Shown: in pieces, positions 7,743 to 15,556 of the stretch | Layout: the number at the start of each line of letters is the position of its first letter | Position numbering within the stretch: position 1 is the stretch's first letter | Source of the DNA: a virus | Lineage: Duplodnaviria > Caudoviricetes | Length of the DNA: 33,581 nt | Reading direction: 5' to 3' (one strand) | Virus record (IMG/VR): IMGVR_UViG_3300017766_001285 | Location: 1 to 33,581 of that record | Made by a program: the position numbers and the translations under genes | The notes under the pieces: generated by a model | Told to the model about the DNA's origin: nothing | The model's input: the letters and a program-made list of their open reading frames with translations, nothing else | Database searches by the model: none

Positions 7743-7948
7743 AATTGATTAGTTTTTATTTGTTTACTTAATTTATGAACGTAAGCAATGTTTGTATTTA
7801 CTGAAGATGCAATAAAGTTTTTTGAATATTCAGAGTTATGTAATAATTTAATAACTATTTCTTTTTTTGATAATTCATTACCACTTAAAATATTTTCTTC
7901 TTTTAATTTGATTAAAGTTGGTCGATTAAATAATTTTTCTGTTTTCAT
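7739..7948 (-). CDS. Small putative HTH protein
   Basis: SKNFIASSVNTNIAYVHKL has HTH-like spacing. Confidence 0.45.
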   Translation of the reverse strand: MKTEKLFNRPTLIKLKEENILSGNELSKKEIVIKLLHNSEYSKNFIASSVNTNIAYVHKLSKQIKTNQL

Positions 7949-7959
7949 TTAATTAGTTT

Positions 7960-8043
7960 TTAAAGTGAATAAATGTCTTGAAGTAAACCTACTAAATACA
8001 TTACAATTAGTAGAACAATTGCGAGTTTTGCTTGTGGTTTCAT
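7960..8043 (-). CDS. 27-aa hydrophobic peptide (MKPQAKLAIVLLIVMYLVGLLQDIYSL), first early gene
   Basis: A-rich leader (caaacaaaacaaaaaacaATG) and one TM-like segment. Confidence 0.55.
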   Translation of the reverse strand: MKPQAKLAIVLLIVMYLVGLLQDIYSL

Positions 8044-8065
8044 TGTTTTTGTTTTGTTTGATAGA

Positions 8066-8075
8066 GTAAAGTTAT
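8066..8075 (-). promoter_or_regulatory. Putative host-sigma early promoter -7 element (TATAACTTTA)
   Basis: Resembles Bacteroidota TAnnTTTG with one mismatch, about 20 nt upstream of the first leftward ORF; no well-spaced -33 element found. Confidence 0.4.
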
Positions 8076-8126
8076 ATACTTTTTCAATACATCGTATAAA
8101 AACAAGTAACTTTTTTTACTTATTTT

Positions 8127-8153
8127 ATAACTTATTGGTTTACAAGGAGTTAT
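8127..8153. promoter_or_regulatory. Hyphenated palindrome ATAACT-TA-TTG-GTTTA-CAA-GG-AGTTAT
   Basis: Inverted symmetry in the divergent intergenic region. Confidence 0.55.
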
Positions 8154-8164
8154 GGTATAGTTAA

Positions 8165-8272
8165 AAAGCTATGTAATAGCTATCTGATAGGTATAGTATA
8201 CCCTATTGGGTAGGCTATAATATAAAGAAGAATAAGAAGTATAAGTAAAAGAATAAGAATAAGTATACTATA
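8165..8272. other. Putative replication origin (CTAT/ATAG short palindromes followed by a purine-rich 6-nt periodic tract)
   Basis: AGCTATgtaATAGCT, CTATCtGATAG, TACCCtattGGGTA, then AAAGAA GAATAA GAAGTA TAAGTA AAAGAA TAAGAA TAAGTA. Confidence 0.45.
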
Positions 8273-8794
8273 TTGAGGAACGAAAAACGTTATTTTCTGA
8301 ATAGAGAAAACATCATAACGGAACTTTACAACTCAAAAGACATCAATGAGGCTATCGGTAAAATGCAACCAGTAGAACTCCAAGATGAACTTAAACAAGA
8401 GGTTTTTCTTGTCCTTTGCGAAATGGATACGGATAAACTTTTTATGATGTACGAGCAAGGGTATTTAAAGTATTTTATTGTTCGTACTATCCTCAATATG
8501 GCTAAGTCAGACCGAAGTAACTTCTATCGTAAGTTTAGACAAGTGTACCAGGAAATCCCCATTACCTACGAATCTCCAAAAGAAGATTATGATGAATCTC
8601 TGGTTATTAAACTAGAACAAGGAATGGATGTTTTGCATTGGTACGAAGCGGAACTTTTAAAACTCTATTCGCACAATAAAAACCTTTTAGCAATTTCAAG
8701 AGAAACAAAGATTCCCTACCGCTCACTACTTAAAACAATTCGCAAAGCCAAGACACTTTTAAAATATAAAATCAGAAACAATGAACTTGATTGA
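8273..8794 (+). CDS. Phage ECF-like sigma70 factor (probable late sigma)
   Basis: Region-2-like QDELKQEVFLVL...YFIVRTILN; region-4 HTH LLAISRETKIPYRSLLKTIRKAK; non-ATG start. Confidence 0.8.
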   Translation: MRNEKRYFLNRENIITELYNSKDINEAIGKMQPVELQDELKQEVFLVLCEMDTDKLFMMYEQGYLKYFIVRTILNMAKSDRSNFYRKFRQVYQEIPITYESPKEDYDESLVIKLEQGMDVLHWYEAELLKLYSHNKNLLAISRETKIPYRSLLKTIRKAKTLLKYKIRNNELD

Positions 8795-9038
8795 AATTAT
8801 TTTAGCAGCTAACTTTTTTACTTTTTACTTTATTTCTCAAAATCGTTTTCCCTTTAAATGGAATTTAGATTTCAAACCATTCAATTGTACATTGTGCTTA
8901 ACCGCTTGGACTGCATTAGCTTTGTATTGGTTACCGAATTGGGTTACGGATATGACTATTGTAATGTTTGGAGCGGGAGTAGTATCGCCATTCTTTAAAA
9001 ACTTTTTAAATAATTTGTATGAATCAAAAAGACATTGA
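8781..9038 (+). CDS. Small membrane protein with CxxC
   Basis: KPFNCTLCLTAW within hydrophobic segments. Confidence 0.65.
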   Translation: MNLIEIILAANFFTFYFISQNRFPFKWNLDFKPFNCTLCLTAWTALALYWLPNWVTDMTIVMFGAGVVSPFFKNFLNNLYESKRH

Positions 9039-9414
9039 TTACTGTAAGCAACACATAATAAACTTTGAAAGCGTTGCACTCGGCTTCACTCGTAACATTC
9101 CTTTTGATGTTCTTGGGGAATACGAAAGAATGTATCGTGAATATTTAGATGGTCAATTTCATTTAACCTATTGGTGTGGGGAGTGTGTATTCGATATGCT
9201 AAAAAGATTAATAGTTTTATTTGAACAATCGAATGTGCAAAGTCAAGTAATAAGTAAACAAACAGAAGTGCAAAGTCAAGAAGTAAGTTTACAATCGGAA
9301 GTGCAAAATGAAGCACCTTTAAATGCAGAAGATAAAATTAGTATTACAATGACATCAAATGGTGCAACAGAATACCCTATACCAACAAAGAAAAGAGGCA
9401 GACCTAAAAAATGA
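9019..9414 (+). CDS. Hypothetical protein with CxxC, internal repeats and C-terminal AT-hook-like motif
   Basis: WCGEC; KKRGRPKK. Confidence 0.65.
   Translation: MNQKDIDYCKQHIINFESVALGFTRNIPFDVLGEYERMYREYLDGQFHLTYWCGECVFDMLKRLIVLFEQSNVQSQVISKQTEVQSQEVSLQSEVQNEAPLNAEDKISITMTSNGATEYPIPTKKRGRPKK
9225..9313 (+). repeat. Imperfect in-frame 33-bp tandem repeat (about 2.7 copies)
   Basis: Units start at 9225, 9258 and 9291 (acaa...gtgcaaa). Confidence 0.8.
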
Positions 9415-10418
9415 GAATACTTGTTTTAACATCACAAGGTAGCGGTGTTGGTTATCACCGATTAATGCTACCGATTTACTATTTAGAGAAAACTTATGCT
9501 TTCTTTACTGATACCTTAACCGATGAAGTATTAGAAGAAAACTTTGACATTGTTTTATTTAATAGGTTTATTCCTGGCACACCACTTGAAACTCTATTAG
9601 AAAAGAGAAGCAAGTATGGCTTTAAAATGATTTGCGATATAGATGATTATTGGATTTTGGATAGGTCTCATATATTAGAAAGTGTTTACCCAACACAAGA
9701 AATTATTAACCATATTAAAGCAGCAGATTTAGTTACTTGTACTAACGAAAAACTATGGAACGAGATTAGACCTATAAACTCGAATGTCGCTATTCTACCT
9801 AATGCACTTCCGTATGGCAATGACCAATTTACAGATGTAAGAGAGTACACCGATAAAGTTAAGTTTGTTTATACTGGCTCAATAACACACGAAGAGGATA
9901 TTAAGTTAATTCAGTTCCCTTTTAAGAAAGTAGCTTCCGACTCTGTTTTAAAAAGTAAAGTATACTTTCAGCTTTGTGGCTTTGATGATTCTGGGGAAGG
10001 CTCTGCTGCTATTTGGCATAGGATGATTTCAAACTTTACTTGTGGTTTAAAGTTAGGAGACACAAGAAGATTCCTTCCGGTTACGGAGTATATGAACTTC
10101 TATAACGATGCGGATTGTTCTATTGTTCCCTTAAGAGCAACGAAGTTTAATTCAATGAAATCCAACCTAAAACTATTAGAAGCAGCTTCAAAGAAGATTC
10201 CTGTTATTGGTAGCCACGTTGAACCTTATTTAAACTCTCCAATGATTCAGATTAATCAGCAAGGCGATTGGTACAAGGAGATTAAAAAAGTCACGCAAGA
10301 TGCTATTTATAGACAGGAGAAAGGTTTGGAACTATTCGAATGGGCAGTTGCAAACTTTAGTTTATTTAAAGTAAACGAGAAAAGAAAACAATTATATCAA
10401 TCAATGAATGGTAGTTGA
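9411..10418 (+). CDS. GT-B fold glycosyltransferase (GT4-like)
   Basis: GVGYHRL, DIDDYW, ADLVT, LPNA, KSNLKLLEAA...PVIGS. Confidence 0.8.
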   Translation: MRILVLTSQGSGVGYHRLMLPIYYLEKTYAFFTDTLTDEVLEENFDIVLFNRFIPGTPLETLLEKRSKYGFKMICDIDDYWILDRSHILESVYPTQEIINHIKAADLVTCTNEKLWNEIRPINSNVAILPNALPYGNDQFTDVREYTDKVKFVYTGSITHEEDIKLIQFPFKKVASDSVLKSKVYFQLCGFDDSGEGSAAIWHRMISNFTCGLKLGDTRRFLPVTEYMNFYNDADCSIVPLRATKFNSMKSNLKLLEAASKKIPVIGSHVEPYLNSPMIQINQQGDWYKEIKKVTQDAIYRQEKGLELFEWAVANFSLFKVNEKRKQLYQSMNGS

Positions 10419-10566
10419 GTTATGGCTAAATCAGGAACTATTGGAAAGACAACTTTCGGAAAGCGAAGAAAAGGAAAGGCTCATAAAGGACATAATAAAC
10501 ATAATAGAAAGGAACGTAACTATCGTGGGCAAGGAAGAGCTTAATTATCTCAAAGTAGCGAACTAA
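10408..10566 (+). CDS. 52-aa acidic helical protein (MVVELWLNQELLERQ...); absent from the ORF track
   Basis: Overlaps the upstream stop and ends in TAATG coupled to the next gene. Confidence 0.45.
   Translation: MVVELWLNQELLERQLSESEEKERLIKDIINIIERNVTIVGKEELNYLKVAN
10422..10544 (+). CDS. 40-aa basic protein ending YRGQGRA; absent from the ORF track
   Basis: MAKSGTIGKTTFGKRRKGKAHKGHNKHNRKERNYRGQGRA; the YRGQG terminus recurs in small phage proteins (recalled). Confidence 0.65.
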   Translation: MAKSGTIGKTTFGKRRKGKAHKGHNKHNRKERNYRGQGRA

Positions 10567-11042
10567 TGTTTATACACGAAACCGCAATAATCTATCCTGG
10601 AGTTATAATAGAGCCGAATGTTTATATCGGTGCTTATTGTATTATTGGTGCTCCTGCGGAATGGAAAGGCAGAGAAGATTGCGAGGGGTTGGTTTTGATA
10701 ATGTCGGGAGCAAGATTAACCGGATTAGTAACTGTTGATTCGGGAACGGACAAAAGAACTATTATAGGAAAGGATTGTTATTTAATGAAGCATTCTCACG
10801 TTGCTCACGATGCTATTCTTGCTGAAAGTGTAACGATAAGTTGCGGTGCTAAAATAGGCGGTCACTCTATAATTGAAAAGTATTGTAACATAGGACTAAA
10901 TGCGGTCATACACCAAAAGGTAAGAATACCCGAAGGTTGTATGATTGGTGCTTCCGCTTTTGTAGGAAAGAAATCTATCTTAAAACCCTATTATAAATAT
11001 GCCGGAGTTCCGGTTAAAGAATTAGGAATCAATGCTCGTTAA
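10566..11042 (+). CDS. LpxA-like left-handed beta-helix acyltransferase (lacks the C-terminal helical domain)
   Basis: Hexapeptide repeats; LMKHSHVAHD; IGLNAVIHQ; YAGVP. Confidence 0.85.
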   Translation: MFIHETAIIYPGVIIEPNVYIGAYCIIGAPAEWKGREDCEGLVLIMSGARLTGLVTVDSGTDKRTIIGKDCYLMKHSHVAHDAILAESVTISCGAKIGGHSIIEKYCNIGLNAVIHQKVRIPEGCMIGASAFVGKKSILKPYYKYAGVPVKELGINAR

Positions 11043-11673
11043 TATTATCTTTTTAGATTACGAAAGGCACACCTTTACAGAGCAAGTAAAGAACAAAAAC
11101 TTCTCTAACGCAGGGTATGATTTTTCTTTTACTCAAGTAGGAATGAAAGGAATATCAAGAGCATTGAACTATGGAATATCAAGAAGCAAAGCCTTTGATG
11201 CGGTGGTAACAATGGCTAACGATATTTTAATGCCCGACAATTGGCTTTTAAGAATGGTAGAAGCAGCTTTAAATATCCCAAATACTGGGATGTGCGGAAT
11301 ACATTGCGTAGAAGGAATAAACCCTTTACAAACAATAAACGGAATCCAAATACACCCTCAAGATGCTTCCTTTGGAAATGTCTTAATACCGATGTCGGCA
11401 ATAGAAAAGATTGGTTATTTTAATGAGGCTTATGACCCCTACGGAATGCAAGATTCGGATTATGCTTATCGGTTAAAGATGACCGGTCATATAAACTACT
11501 ATTTGCACGATTTAAGGTCTGAACACATAGGACACGATGTTGGTCAAGACACCCCATACCGAAAGATGAAAGATGAAGGCTTGAGTAAGTGTGATTATTT
11601 ATGGGCAAGAGAAACACAAAAATATCAAGACAATAACGATTATACAATCTTTCAATCCGAATATGAAATCTGA
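11032..11673 (+). CDS. GT-A fold glycosyltransferase (GT2-like)
   Basis: GISRALNYG, ANDI, IGYFNEAYDPYGMQDSDYAYR. Confidence 0.8.
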   Translation: MLVNIIFLDYERHTFTEQVKNKNFSNAGYDFSFTQVGMKGISRALNYGISRSKAFDAVVTMANDILMPDNWLLRMVEAALNIPNTGMCGIHCVEGINPLQTINGIQIHPQDASFGNVLIPMSAIEKIGYFNEAYDPYGMQDSDYAYRLKMTGHINYYLHDLRSEHIGHDVGQDTPYRKMKDEGLSKCDYLWARETQKYQDNNDYTIFQSEYEI

Positions 11674-12181
11674 ATTAATACCTATATCGAAAGTAAAAGC
11701 CAATCCTAATAATCCGAGAATTATAAAGGATGAAAAGTTTCAAAAACTTGTTAAGTCAATTCAAGAGTTTCCACAAATGCTTGAGATTAGACCTATCGTG
11801 GTAAATGAAGAAATGATTGTTTTGGGTGGAAATATGCGGTTAAAGGCTTGTCAAGAAGCCGAATTAAAAGAAGTTCATATTATAAAAGCATCCGAACTAA
11901 CAGAAGAACAACAAAAAGAATTTATCATTAAAGACAACGTAGGCTTCGGAGAATGGGATTGGAATGACCTTGCAAATAATTGGGATTCGGATAAACTTGA
12001 AGAATGGGGATTAGATATACCAGGATTTGAAAACATTGAAGAAAAAGAACAAGATGATTTAAGTGATAAAATAAAATCAGAGTTTAGAATTGAAATTATT
12101 TTAAAAAACGAAAAAGAACAAGAAATTACTTATAATAAACTAATAGGAGAAGGATACGAATGCCGACTTTTAACATTGTAA
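11663..12181 (+). CDS. ParB/Srx N-terminal domain protein; likely start 11663
   Basis: NPNNPR, RPIVV, LGGNMRLKA, IIKDN. Confidence 0.88.
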   Translation: MKSELIPISKVKANPNNPRIIKDEKFQKLVKSIQEFPQMLEIRPIVVNEEMIVLGGNMRLKACQEAELKEVHIIKASELTEEQQKEFIIKDNVGFGEWDWNDLANNWDSDKLEEWGLDIPGFENIEEKEQDDLSDKIKSEFRIEIILKNEKEQEITYNKLIGEGYECRLLTL

Positions 12182-13236
12182 AAGAATCGAAGCCGAAAAA
12201 AACTTTTCGAGTTGCTTCAGTAATTGGTAAGTTTGACTTACAAAGTGAAACTATTATTGATAAATTTGAAGGGAATATTGATATCCCGGAAAATTGGCAA
12301 ATAGGTTTAATTGTAGGTAAAAGTGGAACTGGGAAAACAACTATTGCAAAACAATTATTTCCAGATAGTTACATAACTAATTTTGATTATTCGGCAGAGT
12401 CAATATTAGATGATATGCCACAAAATAAATCGGTAGAAGAAATTACTTCAGCATTTAATGCAGTTGGATTTAGTTCTCCACCTTCTTGGTTAAAGCCTTA
12501 TTCTGTTTTAAGTAACGGTCAAAAAATGCGAGTTGATTTGGCAAATGCTATATTATCAGATAAAGAGTTATTTGTATTTGATGAGTTTACAAGTGTAGTT
12601 GATAGAAACGTAGCTCAAATAGGGTCTTTTGCTATGCAAAAAGCAATCAGAAAAACAAATAAAAAGTTTATTGCAGTTACTTGTCACTTTGATGTAAAGG
12701 ATTGGTTATTACCCGATTGGATATTTGATACCGATACAATGACCTTTCGTTCTAACGAAGGGCAAAAAAAAAATAGACCAGAAATTAAATTCGAGATATT
12801 CGAAACAGCAGATAAGTCAATTTGGAAAATGTTTGCTAAGCACCACTATTTAAGTCATAGTCATAATAATGCTGCAAAAGTATTTGTCGCTTGTATAAAT
12901 GACCAAATAGCAGGATTTTTAAGTGTTTTATCATTTCCACACCCATTAGTAAAAAACTTTAGAAAAGTACATAGATTGGTAATATTACCTGATTATCAAG
13001 GGGCTGGATTTGGAATTAAGTTTTTAAATGAAGTAGGGAACTATTACAAACAAAACAAATATAGATTTACAATAGTAACATCCGCACCAAGTTTGATAAA
13101 TGCCTTAAAAAAATCAAATAATTGGTTATGTAAACACTATGGAAGAAATCAACCACACAAAGGAGCATTAAATCGTGGTGTTGGAGATATGGGGAGCGGT
13201 AATAGAATTACAGTAAGTTTTGAGTTAAAAAATTAG
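12160..13236 (+). CDS. ABC-type ATPase fused to GNAT acyltransferase (Mom-like)
   Basis: Walker A GKSGTGKT, signature LSNGQ, Walker B FVFDE, H-loop VTCH; then HHYL and RLVILPDYQGAGFG (acyl-CoA motif A). Confidence 0.88.
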   Translation: MPTFNIVKESKPKKTFRVASVIGKFDLQSETIIDKFEGNIDIPENWQIGLIVGKSGTGKTTIAKQLFPDSYITNFDYSAESILDDMPQNKSVEEITSAFNAVGFSSPPSWLKPYSVLSNGQKMRVDLANAILSDKELFVFDEFTSVVDRNVAQIGSFAMQKAIRKTNKKFIAVTCHFDVKDWLLPDWIFDTDTMTFRSNEGQKKNRPEIKFEIFETADKSIWKMFAKHHYLSHSHNNAAKVFVACINDQIAGFLSVLSFPHPLVKNFRKVHRLVILPDYQGAGFGIKFLNEVGNYYKQNKYRFTIVTSAPSLINALKKSNNWLCKHYGRNQPHKGALNRGVGDMGSGNRITVSFELKN

Positions 13237-13251
13237 AAAGAAATTAGAGAA

Positions 13252-13614
13252 ATGGCAAATGAACAGAACCTTATACCGGCCAAGAAGGGAGAGGTAAGAA
13301 ACCCAAACGGGAGACCGAAGAAGTATGTTACCCTTTTAAGGGAGCAAGGGTATAAGCTATCCGAGATTAACGATACTATCCAGGTTATGCTTCAAATGGA
13401 TTTGGATGATTTAAAAGAGGTTTGGGATAACCCTAAGGCTACAATCTTAGAAAAGACAATCGCCAATGCTATGCGTAAAAGTTTGGAGAAGGGTTCGTTG
13501 TATTCAGTTGAAACATTATTAACAAGGGTTTACGGCAAACCAAAAGAAACTCAACAAGTTAGCACGGATTCAAGGATTGAAGTTGTATTTGTAAATGGGA
13601 AAACAATTCTATGA
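13252..13614 (+). CDS. Putative terminase small subunit
   Basis: NL..AKKGEVRNPNGRPK N-terminus; coupled to terL. Confidence 0.65.
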   Translation: MANEQNLIPAKKGEVRNPNGRPKKYVTLLREQGYKLSEINDTIQVMLQMDLDDLKEVWDNPKATILEKTIANAMRKSLEKGSLYSVETLLTRVYGKPKETQQVSTDSRIEVVFVNGKTIL

Positions 13615-14762
13615 GAATTGAGTTACCTACTCCACATATTAATCAACAAGCTATTATTGATTCAAAATCAAGATTTAGAGTCGTACTTGCTGGGCGAAGG
13701 TTTGGAAAGTCGGAACTATCGCAAATAGAAATCATTGTCAATGCTTTACAAGGCAAACAAGTATTTTATGTTACCCCAACTTACAATCTAGCAAGAGTAT
13801 TCTTTGACCAATTAGCAAAAGCCGTACCCTTTGAAGCCAACAAATCAGAACTATCAATTAAGTTCCCAAATGGGGGAGCGGTTTACTTCTTTACTGGGGA
13901 GCGATTAGATAACCTTCGTGGTAGGAAATTTCACTTTGGAGTTATAGATGAGGCTTCGTTTATCCCAGACCTAGAAAACGGATGGCTAAACTCTATCCGA
14001 CCTACCCTAACTGATTACAAAGGAAGAGCCTTGTTTATCTCCACCCCAAAAGGCAAGAACTTCTTTTACTCTTTATTCCTTAAATCTGGAGAACCCGATT
14101 GGCAATCTTTTAAGTTTACCACTTACGATAACCCACATATTGACAAAACAGAAATAGATGATGCTAGGCTTCAGTTACCAGAAGTTGTATTCGAACAAGA
14201 GTATATGGCAAATCCGGCTGAAAATGCGGCTAATCCTTTTGGGAGTAGTTATATCAAGCAATGCACGTTTGAACTCAGCTATGAGCCTCCTATTGCGTTT
14301 GGGATTGATTTGGCCAAGTCGGTTGACTTTACTGTAATCATAGGACTAGATAAAAACGGCTCGGTTTGTTATTTTGAGCGTTTTCAAAAGGATTGGAGAC
14401 AGACAAAGCAAGTTATTAACAACCTACCCAAAATACCGATGTTAATAGATTCTACCGGTGCGGGAGACCCAATCTTTGAGGACTTGCAAAGGGATGGCTT
14501 AAACGTATCGGGGTTTAAGTTTAGTTCTACTTCAAAGCAACAACTAATGGAAGGTTTGGCTTCCGCTATCCAACAAAGAAAGATAACATTCCCACAAGGA
14601 CACATAACCGAGGAATTGGAAATATTTGAATATCAATACACCGCTACTGGGGTAAGGTATTCAGCACCGCAAGGCTTTCACGATGACTGCGTAATAGCTT
14701 TGGGATTGGCTTGGCAACACTATACACGAAATTCAGTACAAGGCAAGTATTCATTCGCTTGA
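13611..14762 (+). CDS. terL: Terminase large subunit
   Basis: Walker A AGRRFGKS, Walker B VIDEA, ISTP coupling motif, nuclease GIDLA...HDDCVIA. Confidence 0.95.
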   Translation: MRIELPTPHINQQAIIDSKSRFRVVLAGRRFGKSELSQIEIIVNALQGKQVFYVTPTYNLARVFFDQLAKAVPFEANKSELSIKFPNGGAVYFFTGERLDNLRGRKFHFGVIDEASFIPDLENGWLNSIRPTLTDYKGRALFISTPKGKNFFYSLFLKSGEPDWQSFKFTTYDNPHIDKTEIDDARLQLPEVVFEQEYMANPAENAANPFGSSYIKQCTFELSYEPPIAFGIDLAKSVDFTVIIGLDKNGSVCYFERFQKDWRQTKQVINNLPKIPMLIDSTGAGDPIFEDLQRDGLNVSGFKFSSTSKQQLMEGLASAIQQRKITFPQGHITEELEIFEYQYTATGVRYSAPQGFHDDCVIALGLAWQHYTRNSVQGKYSFA

Positions 14763-14779
14763 ACAAACTGAAGGGTTTT

Positions 14780-14787
14780 TCTATTTA
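14780..14787 (+). promoter_or_regulatory. Putative late promoter TCTATTTA
   Basis: 5 nt before ATG 14793; motif recurs before other late genes. Confidence 0.65.
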
Positions 14788-14792
14788 AAGGT

Positions 14793-15556
14793 ATGACTTG
14801 GAAAGACCTTAACGTATTTCAATGGCAGCAACTAAATGACCTTTTCCTAAAAAGTAAAGATGCTACCGATTTAGATTTAGCAATAAGTGCTGCTTCTATT
14901 TGTACCGGCTTAACGGAACACGAAATTGATTCCTTGCCTGTGAGCGATTTGCAGCCTCTTTTGAAGGCTATTTCTTTTATCCACGAAGAACTCAAGCCAC
15001 AACCCGAAAGGTTCATAAAACTCAAAGGAAAGCGTTACAAGTGTATCTACGATGTACGCAAGATTCCCGCTGCTCGTTACATAGAAACTAAACACTTCGG
15101 AAAAGATGTCAATGCTAACCTTCATAGAATAGCAGCTTGTATGGTTATGCCGATGAAGAAAACTTTATTCGGTTGGAAAGTCATTAAGTACGATGCAAGT
15201 AAGCACGAACAATACTCGCAAGATATTTTAGAAGCACCTATAACGCAAGTCCTCGGAAGCGTGGTTTTTTTTTATCAAGTTTACAGAAATTGGATAAAGA
15301 GTTCGAAGGATTATTTAATTCTGGAGATGATGGAGAACAAGCTGACGAGGTATCAAGCCGAGGCGGTACATCAATCTTTATGCAGTATTATGGATGGATA
15401 TACCAAACCGAACTGGTTGCTGCATTCGAAAGAATCACGCTTGAAGAGGCTTATGAGTTACCTACGCTCCAATTCCTTAATAACTTGGCATATCTTAAAT
15501 CGAAAAGCGAATACGAAGCAGAGCAGTTAAAACAAGCGTATGCCAAAAAGCATTAA
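14793..15556 (+). CDS. Tail-assembly-chaperone-like gene with probable -1 frameshift (0-frame ends 15530, -1 frame ends 15556)
   Basis: T9 run at 15265-15273 (T TTT TTT); the -1 frame is open from the run to 15556 and has no ATG start of its own. Confidence 0.65.

Noticed and set aside
8221-8265. Stop-codon reassignment suggested by TAA codons within a K/E-like frame
   Set aside because: All major genes are full-length in the standard code and many end in TAA; the tract is better read as non-coding
9225-9313. CRISPR-like array
   Set aside because: Tandem in-frame coding repeat without unique spacers
12160-13236. ABC transporter
   Set aside because: No permease or substrate-binding protein nearby, and the ATPase is fused to a GNAT domain
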